DNA of 57,104 nt, the filler included, from Vicugna vicugna (Eukaryota): the NCBI GenBank assembly GCA_013265495.1. It is 67 parts of 67 records of this genome, joined end to end, with 100 filler letters (N's around TTAATTAATTAA, not from the genome) between each part and the next. Parts side by side here need not be neighbours in the genome. Positions count along the whole stretch, not along the records: positions 11,803 to 12,586 come from PNXW01031438.1; positions 12,687 to 13,448 come from PNXW01031439.1; positions 13,549 to 13,950 come from MU063831.1; positions 14,051 to 14,509 come from PNXW01031442.1; positions 14,610 to 15,408 come from MU063833.1; positions 15,509 to 16,520 come from MU063834.1; positions 16,621 to 16,844 come from PNXW01031473.1; positions 16,945 to 18,710 come from MU063836.1; 59 more parts are not named here. One strand, written 5' to 3'. Positions 11,803 through 23,551 of this stretch are shown here, piece after piece. The notes beneath the pieces were generated by a model, which did no database searches, was not told where the DNA came from, and saw nothing but the letters and a program-made list of their open reading frames with translations. Positions within the stretch are counted from its first letter, which is position 1, and every line of letters begins with the position of its first letter. Both the position numbers and the translations under genes were made by a program.

Positions 11803-12586
11803 CCATTTATGGAAATACTGGATTATATTTCCTTTTTAATTTTTAGATAAAACTGCATAGTGTTTTCCACAGTGGCAGCACAAATTTACATTCCCTCAAG
11901 CAGTGCATCAGGGTTCTTTTCCTTACATCCTCACGAACACTTATATTTGTTATCTTTGATAATAGTCATTCTGACAGGACTGACATAAAATCTCATTGTG
12001 TTTTGGAATTGCATTTTTCTGATGGTTAGTGATGACCGGTTTCATATGTCTGCTGGTTACCTTTTCCACGCTGTATATTCATTTTTTTAATGCGCTAAAT
12101 GACCATAACTGTCTGATTTCATTTTTAGGCATTCTTTGTGTTCCATTATTCTGTTTGTTCTGTGCCACTACCATATAATTTTTATTACATTAGTTTTGTA
12201 TTCTAGTTTTAAACCAGGGAAGAGACACATCCCCTTTTTCTTTGACAAATATGTTTGTATTTTTTGTTTGTTTTCTTTCCTTTTCCTATTTTTTTAGTGA
12301 TTTCAACACTTCTGTATTTACATGTAAATTTAAGTATTATTTATTTTAAATTCTGAAAATGCCCTTGGATTTTAATAGGCATTGAATTTAATTAGTGTAT
12401 TTTCTTGGGTAATACTGTCATTTAAATAATAATTTTTCCTCATCAATGAACACAGTATACCCTTTCATCTGTTTGCATATTTGCATTATATTTCTCTTAT
12501 AAATATTTCATAGTTTTCTGGGTACGGGTCTTTTACCTCCATGGTTGGATATATTTCTTGATTTTTTTTTGTAATGCAACTGTAAA
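11803..12586 (-). mobile_element. Old LINE-1 ORF2 fragment(s)
   Basis: TGTTTTCCACAGTGGCAGCACAAATTTACATTCCC and TTTTAATAGGCATTGAATTTA antisense L1 motifs. Confidence 0.85.
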
Positions 12587-12686
12587 NNNNNNNNNNNNNN
12601 NNNNNNNNNNNNNNNNNNNNNNNNNNNNNNTTAATTAATTAANNNNNNNNNNNNNNNNNNNNNNNNNNNNNNNNNNNNNNNNNNNN

Positions 12687-13448
12687 TCTTCATTCCATGT
12701 TCTAAATTCTGGTTTCTCTATTCTCTATTCTCTTTTCTATATACTATATTCTGTGTTCTACATTGTATTTTCTAAATTCTATATTCAGTATTCGTTATTT
12801 TTTATTCAAAATTCTGTGTTCTGCATCCGATGTTCTAATTTCTGGGTTCTGTATTCTGTTTTCCATATTCTATATTCTGTGTTCTACCTTCTATATTCTG
12901 CATACTGTATTCAGTATACTGTGTTCTATATTCTAAATTCTGTGTTCTGCATTCCATGTATTAAATTATGGGTTTTATATTCTCTATACTATATTCTAAA
13001 TTCTGTGTTCTGCATTCTATATTCTAAATTTTATATTCAGTATTCTGTATTCTATATTCTTAATTCTGTGTTCTGATTCCATTTCTAAATTCTGGTTTCT
13101 ATATTCTCTTTTATATTCGGTATATTTTATGTTCTTAATTCTATATACTTCATTCTATATTCTGCATTCCGTATTTATATTGTATATTCTGTGTTCCGCA
13201 TTCTATGTTCTAAATTCTATATTCAGTATTCTGTATTATATATTCTATATTCTGTGTTCCGCATTCTCTGCTCTAAATTCTATATTAAGTATTCTGTATT
13301 TTATATTCTAAATTCTGTGTTCGGCTTTCCATATTCTAAATTCTGGGTTGTATATTCTCTATTCTATATTCTATATGCTGTGTATTAATTCTATTTTCTA
13401 CATGCCATATTCTGCATACCGTATTCTATATTCTATATACTGTGTTCT
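12687..13448 (-). repeat. SatB heptamer satellite (reverse orientation)
   Basis: ATATTCT/GTGTTCT 7-bp periodicity. Confidence 0.95.
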
Positions 13449-13548
13449 NNNNNNNNNNNNNNNNNNNNNNNNNNNNNNNNNNNNNNNNNNNNTTAATTAA
13501 TTAANNNNNNNNNNNNNNNNNNNNNNNNNNNNNNNNNNNNNNNNNNNN

Positions 13549-13950
13549 GTCCTCACAGAAATCCCATGGAATTGCGTAGAGGCAAGAGTCAAAAATTTTC
13601 ACGTAGCAAAGCCCTAGAAGTCTACATTAGATACCAGATATTACCTGACCAGTAGAGATGAAGAAGTACAGTAAAAGAAACAGGAAGTACCATTTTCAGT
13701 TCCAAAGATATTGAAGGCCCAGAAGATAAGCTTTCAAACAACTAGACTGCAAAACGCTNNNNNNNNNNNNNNNNNNNNNNNNNNNNNNNNNNNNNNNNNN
13801 NNNNNNNNNNNNGTCTCAGAATCACAAAAGGCAGAATATCAGAAAAGGGGAAGAGAAAGTCTAAAGACGAGCCGAAAAATATCAGAAATCTCAATGGATG
13901 TGATCATATCAAGGCTAAAATTCAGCCCTTAGCAGACTAGATAATGCAGA
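13549..13950 (+). repeat. Multi-copy unit containing decayed L1 ORF1 start (copy 1)
   Basis: Reverse-complement match to 39196-39350 and 49400-49844. Ends AGCAGACTAGATAATGCAGA = SRLDNA(E), L1 ORF1p coiled-coil-like. Confidence 0.8.
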
Positions 13951-14609
13951 NNNNNNNNNNNNNNNNNNNNNNNNNNNNNNNNNNNNNNNNNNNNTTAATT
14001 AATTAANNNNNNNNNNNNNNNNNNNNNNNNNNNNNNNNNNNNNNNNNNNNTAGCTAACATATATTATAAAATAAAATGTTTTTATTTAATATGTGGGAGT
14101 TTGCAGCAGTTGGAGCATTTCTGTTGGCCTGGTCTCCACGGAGGACATTAGGGTTCAGCAGAGCATGCGGGAGGGCAGATAGCCAGCCCTGCTGCTGTGG
14201 GGGGTTCTCCCCAGCACGGTGCTCTGCTGAGTTGACACTTCTCTGAGTTTGGTTGCCAATTGAGCAGACAGCAAATTAATGAGTTCTGGTGGGATTGTAT
14301 AATGACAGGAAGAAAGAGGAAACCGTTGTTTTTCTGAACTAGAACACGCGTTTGGTTCTATTGGTTCTTGATTCAGTGTGTTCCATTACAGAATTGATGA
14401 GCTGTGTCTATTCTGGGACTTCATTGAAATAATCTTTCAGACTAAAATTTAATAGTTATGTTTCATTTGGCGGGAGGGCTCGAGCCTGGATGGCAGCCCC
14501 TCAGATCACNNNNNNNNNNNNNNNNNNNNNNNNNNNNNNNNNNNNNNNNNNNNTTAATTAATTAANNNNNNNNNNNNNNNNNNNNNNNNNNNNNNNNNNN
14601 NNNNNNNNN

Positions 14610-15408
14610 TGGTTGCAATATCTGTCATGTGCTTGTTCACAGCTCAGAAATGCAATAGTTTAATTCGTCATGCATGAATCATGTTCGGAATACGGAATGC
14701 CATGGTTATGTAAACAATGTAAATTACATGTGTATTCGTGAGAATTCGCTCAAAGAGGGTTTTCTAGTGGCAAATGTCCGATTTTAGAACCTGGGGATAC
14801 AAAAAAATTATGANNNNNNNNNNNNNNNNNNNNNNNNNNNNNNNNNNNNNNNNNNNNNNNNNNNNNNNNNNNNNNNNNNNNNNNNNNNNNNNNNNNNNNN
14901 NNNNNNNNNNNNNNNNNNNNNNNNNNNNNNNNNNNNNNNNNNNNNNNNNNNNNNNNNNNNNNNNNNNNNNNNNNNNNNNNNNNNNNNNNNNNNNNNNNNN
15001 NNNNNNNNNNNNNNNNNNNNNNNNNNNNNNNNNNNNNNNNNNNNNNNNNNNNNNNNNNNNNNNNNNNNNNNNNNNNNNNNNNNNNNNNNNNNNNNNNNNN
15101 NNNNNNNNNNNNNNNNNNNNNNNNNNNNNNNNNNNNNNNNNNNNNNNNNNNNNNNNNNNNNNNNNNNNNNNNNNNNNNNNNNNNNNNNNNNNNNNNNNNN
15201 NNNNNNNNNNNNNNNNNNNNNNNNNNNNNNNNNNNNNNNNNNNNNNNNNNNNNNNNNNNNNNNNNNNNNNNNNNNNNNNNNNNNNNNNNNNNNNNNNNNN
15301 NNNNNNNNNNNNNNNNNNNNNNNNNNNNNNNNNNNNNGTAAGTTGTAATGATTGAAACATCATTCATGAGCATATCCACAACTCAGAAATGAATGTTTGA
15401 GGAATCGG
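14610..15408 (+). repeat. SatC ~246-bp AT-rich satellite (trimeric HOR)
   Basis: CACAACTCAGAAATG...ATACGGAATGCCATGGTTATGTAAACAATG...GAATTCGCTCAAAGAG motifs; this orientation is defined as +. Confidence 0.92.
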
Positions 15409-15508
15409 NNNNNNNNNNNNNNNNNNNNNNNNNNNNNNNNNNNNNNNNNNNNTTAATTAATTAANNNNNNNNNNNNNNNNNNNNNNNNNNNNNNNNNNNN
15501 NNNNNNNN

Positions 15509-16520
15509 GGTTCCGGAATCCTGAGCGTGTGGAGGTTCCAACAACGGTCGGCACAGTGTGGGTTCTATCGGAATGCTTTAGCTCGTCTCCCCTGAGGGTT
15601 TTCCTAATGTCTCTGTGCCAGGGAATGCTAGGGGTGATTGCAGGATATCCCAGTGTCAGAGGCTGCCTCCCCAAGGTCAAGGAAGATATTTCTCGGACTT
15701 NNNNNNNNNNNNNNNNNNNNNNNNNNNNNNNNNNNNNNNNNNNNNNNNNNNNNNNNNNNNNNNNNNNNNNNNNNNNNNNNNNNNNNNNNNGAGCGTGGGG
15801 ATGTTCCACCAACGGTCGGCAGCGCGTGGGTTCTAACGGAAAGCATAAGCTCGTCTCCCCTGAGGGTTTTCCTAATGTCTCTGTGCCAGGGAATGCTAGG
15901 GGTGTTGCAGGGAATCCCAATGGTCGGGGCTGGCTCCCCCAAGTCAGGGAAAGTTTTTCCCCGACTTCCCAGAACAGGGAACAACAGTGACTGAAGAGAG
16001 CTGCGTGGAGTTGTCTTTCGAGCTCCCCCACGCACTGACAATGGTTCCAGAATTCTGAGTGTGTGGAGGTTCCACCAACGGTCGTCAGCGCGTGGGTTAT
16101 AACGGAATGCCTAAGCTCGTCTCCCCTGAGGCTTTTCCTAATTTCTCTGTGCCAGGGAATGCTAGGGGAGATTGCAGGATATCCCAGTGACCGAGGCTTC
16201 CTCCCCAAGGTCAGGGAAGTTATTTCTCGGAATTCCCCGAACAGGGAACACCTGTGACTGAAGAGAACTGCGTGGAGCTGTCTCTCGAGCTCCCCAACAA
16301 TGGTTCCGGAATCCTGAGCGTGGGGAGGTTCCACCAACGTTCGGCAGGGCATGGGTTCTAACGGAATGCCTAAGCTCTTCTCCCCTGAGGGTTTTCCTAA
16401 TATCTCTGTACCAGGGAATGCTAGGGGTGATTGCAAGATATCCCACTGTCAGAAGCTGCCTCCACAAAATCAGGAAATGTATTTCTCGGACTTCCACAAA
16501 CAGGGAACACCTGTGACTGA
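15509..16520 (+). repeat. SatA 267-bp satellite, ~3.8 monomers
   Basis: Tandem monomers; one carries a ~10-bp deletion near 16296. Confidence 0.96.
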
Positions 16521-16620
16521 NNNNNNNNNNNNNNNNNNNNNNNNNNNNNNNNNNNNNNNNNNNNTTAATTAATTAANNNNNNNNNNNNNNNNNNNNNNNN
16601 NNNNNNNNNNNNNNNNNNNN

Positions 16621-16844
16621 GAGGATCCACCAACGGTCCGTAGCGCGTGGGTTCTAACGGAATGCATAAGGTCGCCTCCCTTGATGGTTTTCCTAATGTG
16701 TCTGTACCAGGGAATGCTAGGGGTGATTACAGGATATCCAAGTGACCGAGGCTGCCTCCCCAAGATCAGGGAATTTATTTCTTGGTCTACCCCGAACATG
16801 GAACTCCTGTGACTGATTAGAGCTGCGTGGAGTTGTCTCTCGAG
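16621..16844 (+). repeat. SatA 267-bp satellite (partial monomer)
   Basis: Same motifs. Confidence 0.93.
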
Positions 16845-16944
16845 NNNNNNNNNNNNNNNNNNNNNNNNNNNNNNNNNNNNNNNNNNNNTTAATTAATTAA
16901 NNNNNNNNNNNNNNNNNNNNNNNNNNNNNNNNNNNNNNNNNNNN

Positions 16945-18710
16945 GTTCACAGCTCAGAAATGCAATTTGAGGAATACGTGATGCATGAACCATGTTCAGA
17001 ATACGGAATGTCATGGTTATCTAAACAATGTAAATTACATGTGTATTGGTGAGATTTCGCTCAAAGAGGCTTTTCTAGTGCCAAAAGTCCGATTTTAGTA
17101 CCTGGTGACAGAAAAAATCTATGAAGTCAGAGTCAATATTTCTAAGTGTATATATGCCTAGTTTCGTGGATGGACGGTCAGTAATCCACATGCTGAGATC
17201 TCAGAAACCCATGTTTGCCGAATCCGTCATGCATGTGTCATTTACGGAACCCGGAATGCCATGTTGATGGAATTCATGTAAATTACATATCTGTTTGTTG
17301 GAAATCGCTCCAGAAGTATTTTTCTGAGAAAAATGCACGAGTTCGATAAAGGTGTTAGGAAAAGATTGTGAAAATNNNNNNNNNNNNNNNNNNNNNNNNN
17401 NNNNNNNNNNNNNNNNNNNNNNNNNNNNNNNNNNNNNNNNNNNNNNNNNNNNNNNNNNNNNNNNNNNNNNNNNNNNNNNNNNNNNNNNNNNNNNNNNNNN
17501 NNNNNNNNNNNNNTATAACATGTGGTTGAAACATAATTCATGCGCATGTTCACAACTCAGAAATTCATGTTTGAGGAATCCGTGACTCATGAAACATGTT
17601 CGTAATACGGAATGCCATGGTTATGTAAACAATACAATGCANNNNNNNNNNNNNNNNNNNNNNNNNNNNNNNNNNNNNNNNNNNNNNNNNNNNNNNNNNN
17701 NNNNNNNNNNNNNNNNNNNNNNNNNNNNNNNNNNNNNNNNNNNNNNNNNNNNNNNNNNNNNNNNNNNNNNNNNNNNNNNNNNNNNNNNNNNNNNNNNNNN
17801 NNNNNNNNNNNNNNNNNNNNNNNNNNNNNNNNNNNNNNNNNNNNNNNNNNNNNNNNNNNNNNNNNNNNNNNNNNNNNNNNNNNNNNNNNNNNNNNNNNNN
17901 NNNNNNNNNNNNNNNNNNNNNNNNNNNNNNNNNNNNNNNNNNNNNNNNNNNNNNNNNNNNNNNNNNNNNNNNNNNNNNNNNNNNNNNNNNNNNNNNNNNN
18001 NNNNNNNNNNNNNNNNNNNNNNNNNNNNNNNNNNNNNNNNNNNNNNNNNNNNNNNNNNNNNNNNNNNNNNNNNNNNNNNNNNNNNNNNNNNNNNNNNNNN
18101 NNNNNNNNNNNNNNNNNNNNNNNNNNNNNNNNNNNNNNNNNNNNNNNNNNNNNNNNNNNNNNNNNNNNNNNNNNNNNNNNNNNNNNNNNNNNNNNNNNNN
18201 NNNNNNNNNNNNNNNNNNNNNNNNNNNNNNNNNNNNNNNNNNNNNNNNNNNNNNNNNNNNNNNNNNNNNNNNNNNNNNNNNNNNNNNNNNNNNNNNNNNN
18301 NNNNNNNNNNNNNNNNNNNNNNNNNNNNNNNNNNNNNNNNNNNNNNNNNNNNNNNNNNNNNNNNNNNNNNNNNNNNNNNNNNNNNNNNNNNNNNNNNNNN
18401 NNNNNNNNNNNNNNNNNNNNNNNNNNNNNNNNNNNNNNNNNNNNNNNNNNNNNNNNNNNNNNNNNNNNNNNNNNNNNNNNNNNNNNNNNNNNNNNNNNNN
18501 NNNNNNNNNNNNNNNNNNNNNNNNNNNNNNNNNNNNNNNNNNNNNNNNNNNNNNNNNNNNNNNNNNNNNNNNNNNNNNNNNNNNNNNNNNNNNNNNNNNN
18601 NNNNNNNNNNNNNNNNNNNNNNNNNNNNNNNNNGAGTAAATATTTCAAAATGTATATATGCCTCATTTGGTGGATGAAAGTTCACTAATCCACATGCTCA
18701 CAACTCAGAC
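16945..18710 (+). repeat. SatC ~246-bp satellite (gapped)
   Basis: TCGCTC anchor at 17057 and 17305 (248-bp spacing), subunit C followed by subunit A. Confidence 0.92.
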
Positions 18711-19475
18711 NNNNNNNNNNNNNNNNNNNNNNNNNNNNNNNNNNNNNNNNNNNNTTAATTAATTAANNNNNNNNNNNNNNNNNNNNNNNNNNNNNNNNNN
18801 NNNNNNNNNNAGTCTCTTAGAAACAAGGCTGCTCGGGCCACTGTATGACTTCCGTTTCCCCAAAACCTCTGTTCTCAGTCTGGTCTTGCCTGTGCATCTG
18901 GCCTCCTGCTCAGAGGCTCTTCCCCCCTGCAGGAGGACATTTCTACTCTGCAGGGACACCCCTTCAGGGGAGCCCTCTTCTAGCCATCAGCTAGACAGGT
19001 GTCCCAGGCCACATCCCGACCTGCCCCATTAGGACTGGGGGTGCCCAGGTCTGCTAGTCAGACCAGCAGACTCAGAGCCAGGGATTATGCCCGGGTCACC
19101 CTGCAAACCTACTGCCCGCCTCACAGCCCCCAGCCAGCAGGTCACCTGGAAGTCACAGTAGGTGCCCCACCCAATCCAGAAGCCTCTTCATTTGCCAACC
19201 AGCACCGCTGATGACTGCTCTCCACCCTTTGGTCATTTTCGCACAAAACAGCACCATCTACTGTGAAGCAGGTGGTTTTCGCTTCTGCGCACCATCCTTA
19301 CTGGAAATGTAATGGGAAACCAAAAGGCCTTTTTCTCAACCCTTTTCTGATGACACCCTCCCACCCACAATACTCNNNNNNNNNNNNNNNNNNNNNNNNN
19401 NNNNNNNNNNNNNNNNNNNTTAATTAATTAANNNNNNNNNNNNNNNNNNNNNNNNNNNNNNNNNNNNNNNNNNNN

Positions 19476-20146
19476 GGTTCTAATAAAATCGCTTAACTTG
19501 TCTTCCTTGTTTGGTTGCCTTATACGGAGAGCGGGGGAAATTGGGGGTTGGGCTCTAAAAACAAGTATTAGCGAGTGCTTCTCCATGGGAAGTGGAGGTT
19601 ATTAACCAAAAACCCACAACCTGGGAATACCTGTGCTCCTTGAAAATTGCGAGGACTCCGTTTCCCCACCACCAGCACACCATGAAGAAGTGTTCTGGCA
19701 TCCTGAGTGTGTGGAGGCACTTCCAACTTACAGCAGCATCTGGGATCTAATAGGATCCCTTAGGTTGACTTCCCTTAGTGTTATCCAAGGTTGGGCTGGG
19801 AGCAAAGGTGGGAGTTGGGCTCTAAATCCAAGTAATAGCGAGTGCCTCTCTATGGGCAGTGGAGGTGTTTAAAGTACATTCCCTCCCTGGGAACACCTGT
19901 GCCCCCATAAAGTTGCGTAGATTATTTATCCCCAACACCAGCACACACAAAAAGACTTGTTCAGGTGTCCTGAGTGTGGGTAGACTCCTCCAACTGACAG
20001 CAGCGCCTGAAACGCCTGGGTTCTAATAGAATTACTTAGCTTGTAATATGAGTGTATCCCTGGTCCGGGATGTGAAGGAAAGCTGGGGGATGGGCTTGAC
20101 GTCCAAGTACCAACGAGTGCCCCCCGATTTACTGAGGAAGTACTTA
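19476..20146 (+). repeat. SatE ~264-bp diverged satellite (SatA-related)
   Basis: CCTGAGTGTGG...TCCAACTGACAGCAGCGCCTG...GGGTTCTAATAG parallels SatA; + is the SatA orientation. Confidence 0.88.
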
Positions 20147-20246
20147 NNNNNNNNNNNNNNNNNNNNNNNNNNNNNNNNNNNNNNNNNNNNTTAATTAATT
20201 AANNNNNNNNNNNNNNNNNNNNNNNNNNNNNNNNNNNNNNNNNNNN

Positions 20247-21083
20247 GCCCAGACTCAGGAGAGCAGAAAACTTCTTCATGTGTGTTCTGGTGTTGGGAAT
20301 ACAGAGGCCACACTCATTTCAAGGAGCACAGGTATTCCCATATTGTGGGTTTTTGGTTAATAACCTCCAAATCCCATGGAGAGTCACTCGCTAATACTTG
20401 GATTTAGAGCCCAACCCACCCTTTCTCCAGCACTCCGTGTCAGGCAACAAAACAGGGTAGACAAGTTAAGCGATTTTATAAGAACCAAGGCCCTGCTCTC
20501 AGTTGGAGGAGGTTGCCCACTCTCAGGATAACTGTGCATGTGTTCGTGTGTGTGCTGGTGGTGTGGAAACAGACTCCACGGATATTTATGGGGGCACAGT
20601 TGTTCCCAGGTTAGGGATGTATTATAAACACCTCCACAAACCATAGAAGTCATCGCAAATACTTGGTATCGGAGCCCAAACCACACTTTCCCCCGCACTC
20701 CCGCCTAGGCTTTCCATCAGGGAAGACAAGCAAAGGGATTCAATTAGAACCCAGGCGCTGCTGTCAGTTGCAGGAACTTCCCTGCACTCAGAATTCCAGA
20801 ACACATTCTTAGGTGTGGGAGAGATGTGCAGCCCAATCCACCCAGATGAATGGAGGAAAATGTGTTCCGTTTAGGGAGAAGTCCTCTAAGTACTTCCTCA
20901 ATGGATCAGGAGGCACTCACTACTACGTGGCCTCCAAGCCCAACCCCCAGCTTTCCCTCATGTCTTGGCCTAAAAGAACACTAAGGGAAAAGAAGCTAAG
21001 GATACTAATAGAACCCAGGTTCTGCTGTCAGTTTGAGTAACTTCCCCACACTCAGAATAGCAGAACACATCTTCGTGTGTGTG
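20247..21083 (-). repeat. SatE ~264-bp satellite
   Basis: (G)CTGCTGTCA-like anchor at 20492, 20757 and 21021 (265, 264 bp). Confidence 0.9.
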
Positions 21084-21183
21084 NNNNNNNNNNNNNNNNN
21101 NNNNNNNNNNNNNNNNNNNNNNNNNNNTTAATTAATTAANNNNNNNNNNNNNNNNNNNNNNNNNNNNNNNNNNNNNNNNNNNN

Positions 21184-21653
21184 GAAACAGAGTCAAAGCA
21201 TCTTTCAGGGGCCCAGTTATTTCATGGTTGTAGTTTGTAGGTTAAACACCCATATTCCATGGATAGGCTCTCGCCAATACTTGGTTTAGAGCCCAATCCC
21301 AACATTACCCCGCACACCGGCCATGGCAAGCCATCTTGGAAGACCAGTTAAGGTATTGTATTACAACCCAGGCGCTGCTGTTAGTTGGAGGAACCTCCCC
21401 ANNNNNNNNNNNNNNNNNNNNNNNNNNNNNNNNNNNNNNNNNNNNNNNNNNNNNNNNNNNNNNNGTGTTCCCAGGTTGGGGATATACTTTAACCACCTCC
21501 ACTGCCAAAAGATAGGAACTCGCTAATACTTGGTTTTAGAGCACAACCCGCAATTTCGCTCACAACCCTGCCAAGGAAAATACTCACGAATATCAACCTA
21601 ATGGATCAAATTAGATCCCAGGTGCTACTCTCAGTTGCAGGAGACTCCCCACA
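21184..21653 (-). repeat. SatE ~264-bp satellite
   Basis: CTCGCTAATACTTGGTTTAGAGCCCAA and CCCAGGCGCTGCTGT.AGTTGGAGGAACCTCCCCA motifs. Confidence 0.88.
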
Positions 21654-21753
21654 NNNNNNNNNNNNNNNNNNNNNNNNNNNNNNNNNNNNNNNNNNNNTTA
21701 ATTAATTAANNNNNNNNNNNNNNNNNNNNNNNNNNNNNNNNNNNNNNNNNNNN

Positions 21754-22876
21754 AGAATACTGAATATAAAATTTAGAATATAGGATGTAAAACACAGACT
21801 AAAGAATATAGAATACGGAATGGAAAATATAGTATGTAGAATATAGAATGAAGAACACAAATATAGAATATAGAATGGAGAATATAGAACCCAGAATTTA
21901 GAAACGGAATGCAGAACAGGGAATTTCGAATATAGAATACATCATACTGAATAAAGATTTTAGAATATTGAATTTTGAAAACAGAATATAGAGTGTAGAA
22001 TACGGAATGCAAAATATAGTATGTAGAATATAGAATGAAGACCACAGAATTTAGANNNNNNNNNNNNNNNNNNNNNNNNNNNNNNNNNNNNNNNNNNNNN
22101 NNNNNNNNNNNNNNNNNNNNNNNNNNNNNNNNNNNNNNNNNNNNNNNNNNNNNNNNNNNNNNNNNNNNNNNNNNNNNNNNNNNNNNNNNNNNNNNNNNNN
22201 NNNNNNNNNNNNNNNNNNNNGCAGAACACAGAATTTAGAATATAGAATACGGAATGCAGAATATAGAATATAGAATAATGAACACAAATATACAATATAG
22301 AATAGAGAATATAGAATCCAGAATTTAGAACATGGAATGTAGAACACAGAATTTAGAATATAGAATTAAGAATACTGAATATAGAATTTAGAATAAGAAT
22401 GTAGAACACAGAATATACAATATGGATTACAGAATATAGAAACCAAAATTTAGAACATTCAATGCTGAACACAGAATTAAGCATATAGAATACAGAATAC
22501 TGAATATAGAATATAGAATATAGAATGTTGAATAAAGTATTTAGAATAAAGAATAACGAATACTGAATATAGAATTTAGAATATAGAATGTAGAACACAG
22601 AATAGAGAATATAGAATATAGAATATAGAATGTTGAATAAAGTATTTAGAATAAAGAATAACGAATACTGAATATAGAATTTAGAATAAGAATGTAGAAC
22701 ACAGAATATACAATATGGATTACAGAATATAGAAACCAAAATTTAGAACATTCAATGCTGAACACAGAATTAAGCATATAGAATACAGAATACTGAATAT
22801 AGAATATAGAATATAGAATGTTGAATAAAGTATTTAGAATAAAGAATAACGAATACTGAATATAGAATTTAGAATA
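21754..22876 (+). repeat. SatB heptamer satellite with a 293-bp higher-order duplication
   Basis: GAATAAGAATGTAGAACAC...TGGATTACAG at 22391 and 22684; TAGAATGTTGAATAAAG at 22521, 22626 and 22814. Confidence 0.95.
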
Positions 22877-22976
22877 NNNNNNNNNNNNNNNNNNNNNNNN
22901 NNNNNNNNNNNNNNNNNNNNTTAATTAATTAANNNNNNNNNNNNNNNNNNNNNNNNNNNNNNNNNNNNNNNNNNNN

Positions 22977-23451
22977 TTCTATACTGTTTCCATGACCATA
23001 GATTAATACCTCCTTAAGTTGATCCTATTTTATCCTTTTCCAGGATAACCCTAATGCTACCAATTCAAACATCCCCCCTCATTATTTTATTTGTGTATTT
23101 GTGTATATTTCTGGAAGAAATTTAGGATCACGTTTCAGATTTTTTCTTAAATCCATTTGGGATTATTAACTAAATTTGCATTCAGATTCTAAATTTATTT
23201 TGGAGAAAAAATGTTCTATGTCCCCTAAACTTGAGTCTGCCCAATGAAGAGTATGGTGCATTTTACTGCTCATTCAATGATCATTTTTTTCTTTTTTAAG
23301 TCATTTATCAGAATCATCTTAACAGTTTTCATTAATTTATATCTGAATAGTCTGTGCCTTTGTTGTCATAATAAATGATAACTTTTCTGGGTTTTGAACT
23401 CGGTTGATAGCTAATAAAGTCTTGATTTCTGGCTTCTCTTGAATAAGAAGA
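22977..23451 (-). mobile_element. Ancient decayed LINE-1 fragment
   Basis: T-rich strand with decayed TTTGCATTCAGATTCTAAATTTATTTTGGAGA and CCAATGAAGAGTATGGT antisense L1-like motifs. Confidence 0.55.
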
Positions 23452-23551
23452 NNNNNNNNNNNNNNNNNNNNNNNNNNNNNNNNNNNNNNNNNNNNTTAAT
23501 TAATTAANNNNNNNNNNNNNNNNNNNNNNNNNNNNNNNNNNNNNNNNNNNN

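Noticed and set aside
12753..13388. Hydrophobic Y/S/I/F/L-rich 'membrane protein' ORFs (also at 22353, 32248, 40149, 47510)
   Set aside because: Translations of the T-rich strand of the heptamer satellite.
19476..21083. Apparent large inverted repeat between 19476-20146 and 20247-21083
   Set aside because: Two separate SatE scaffolds in opposite orientation, joined by the artificial spacer.
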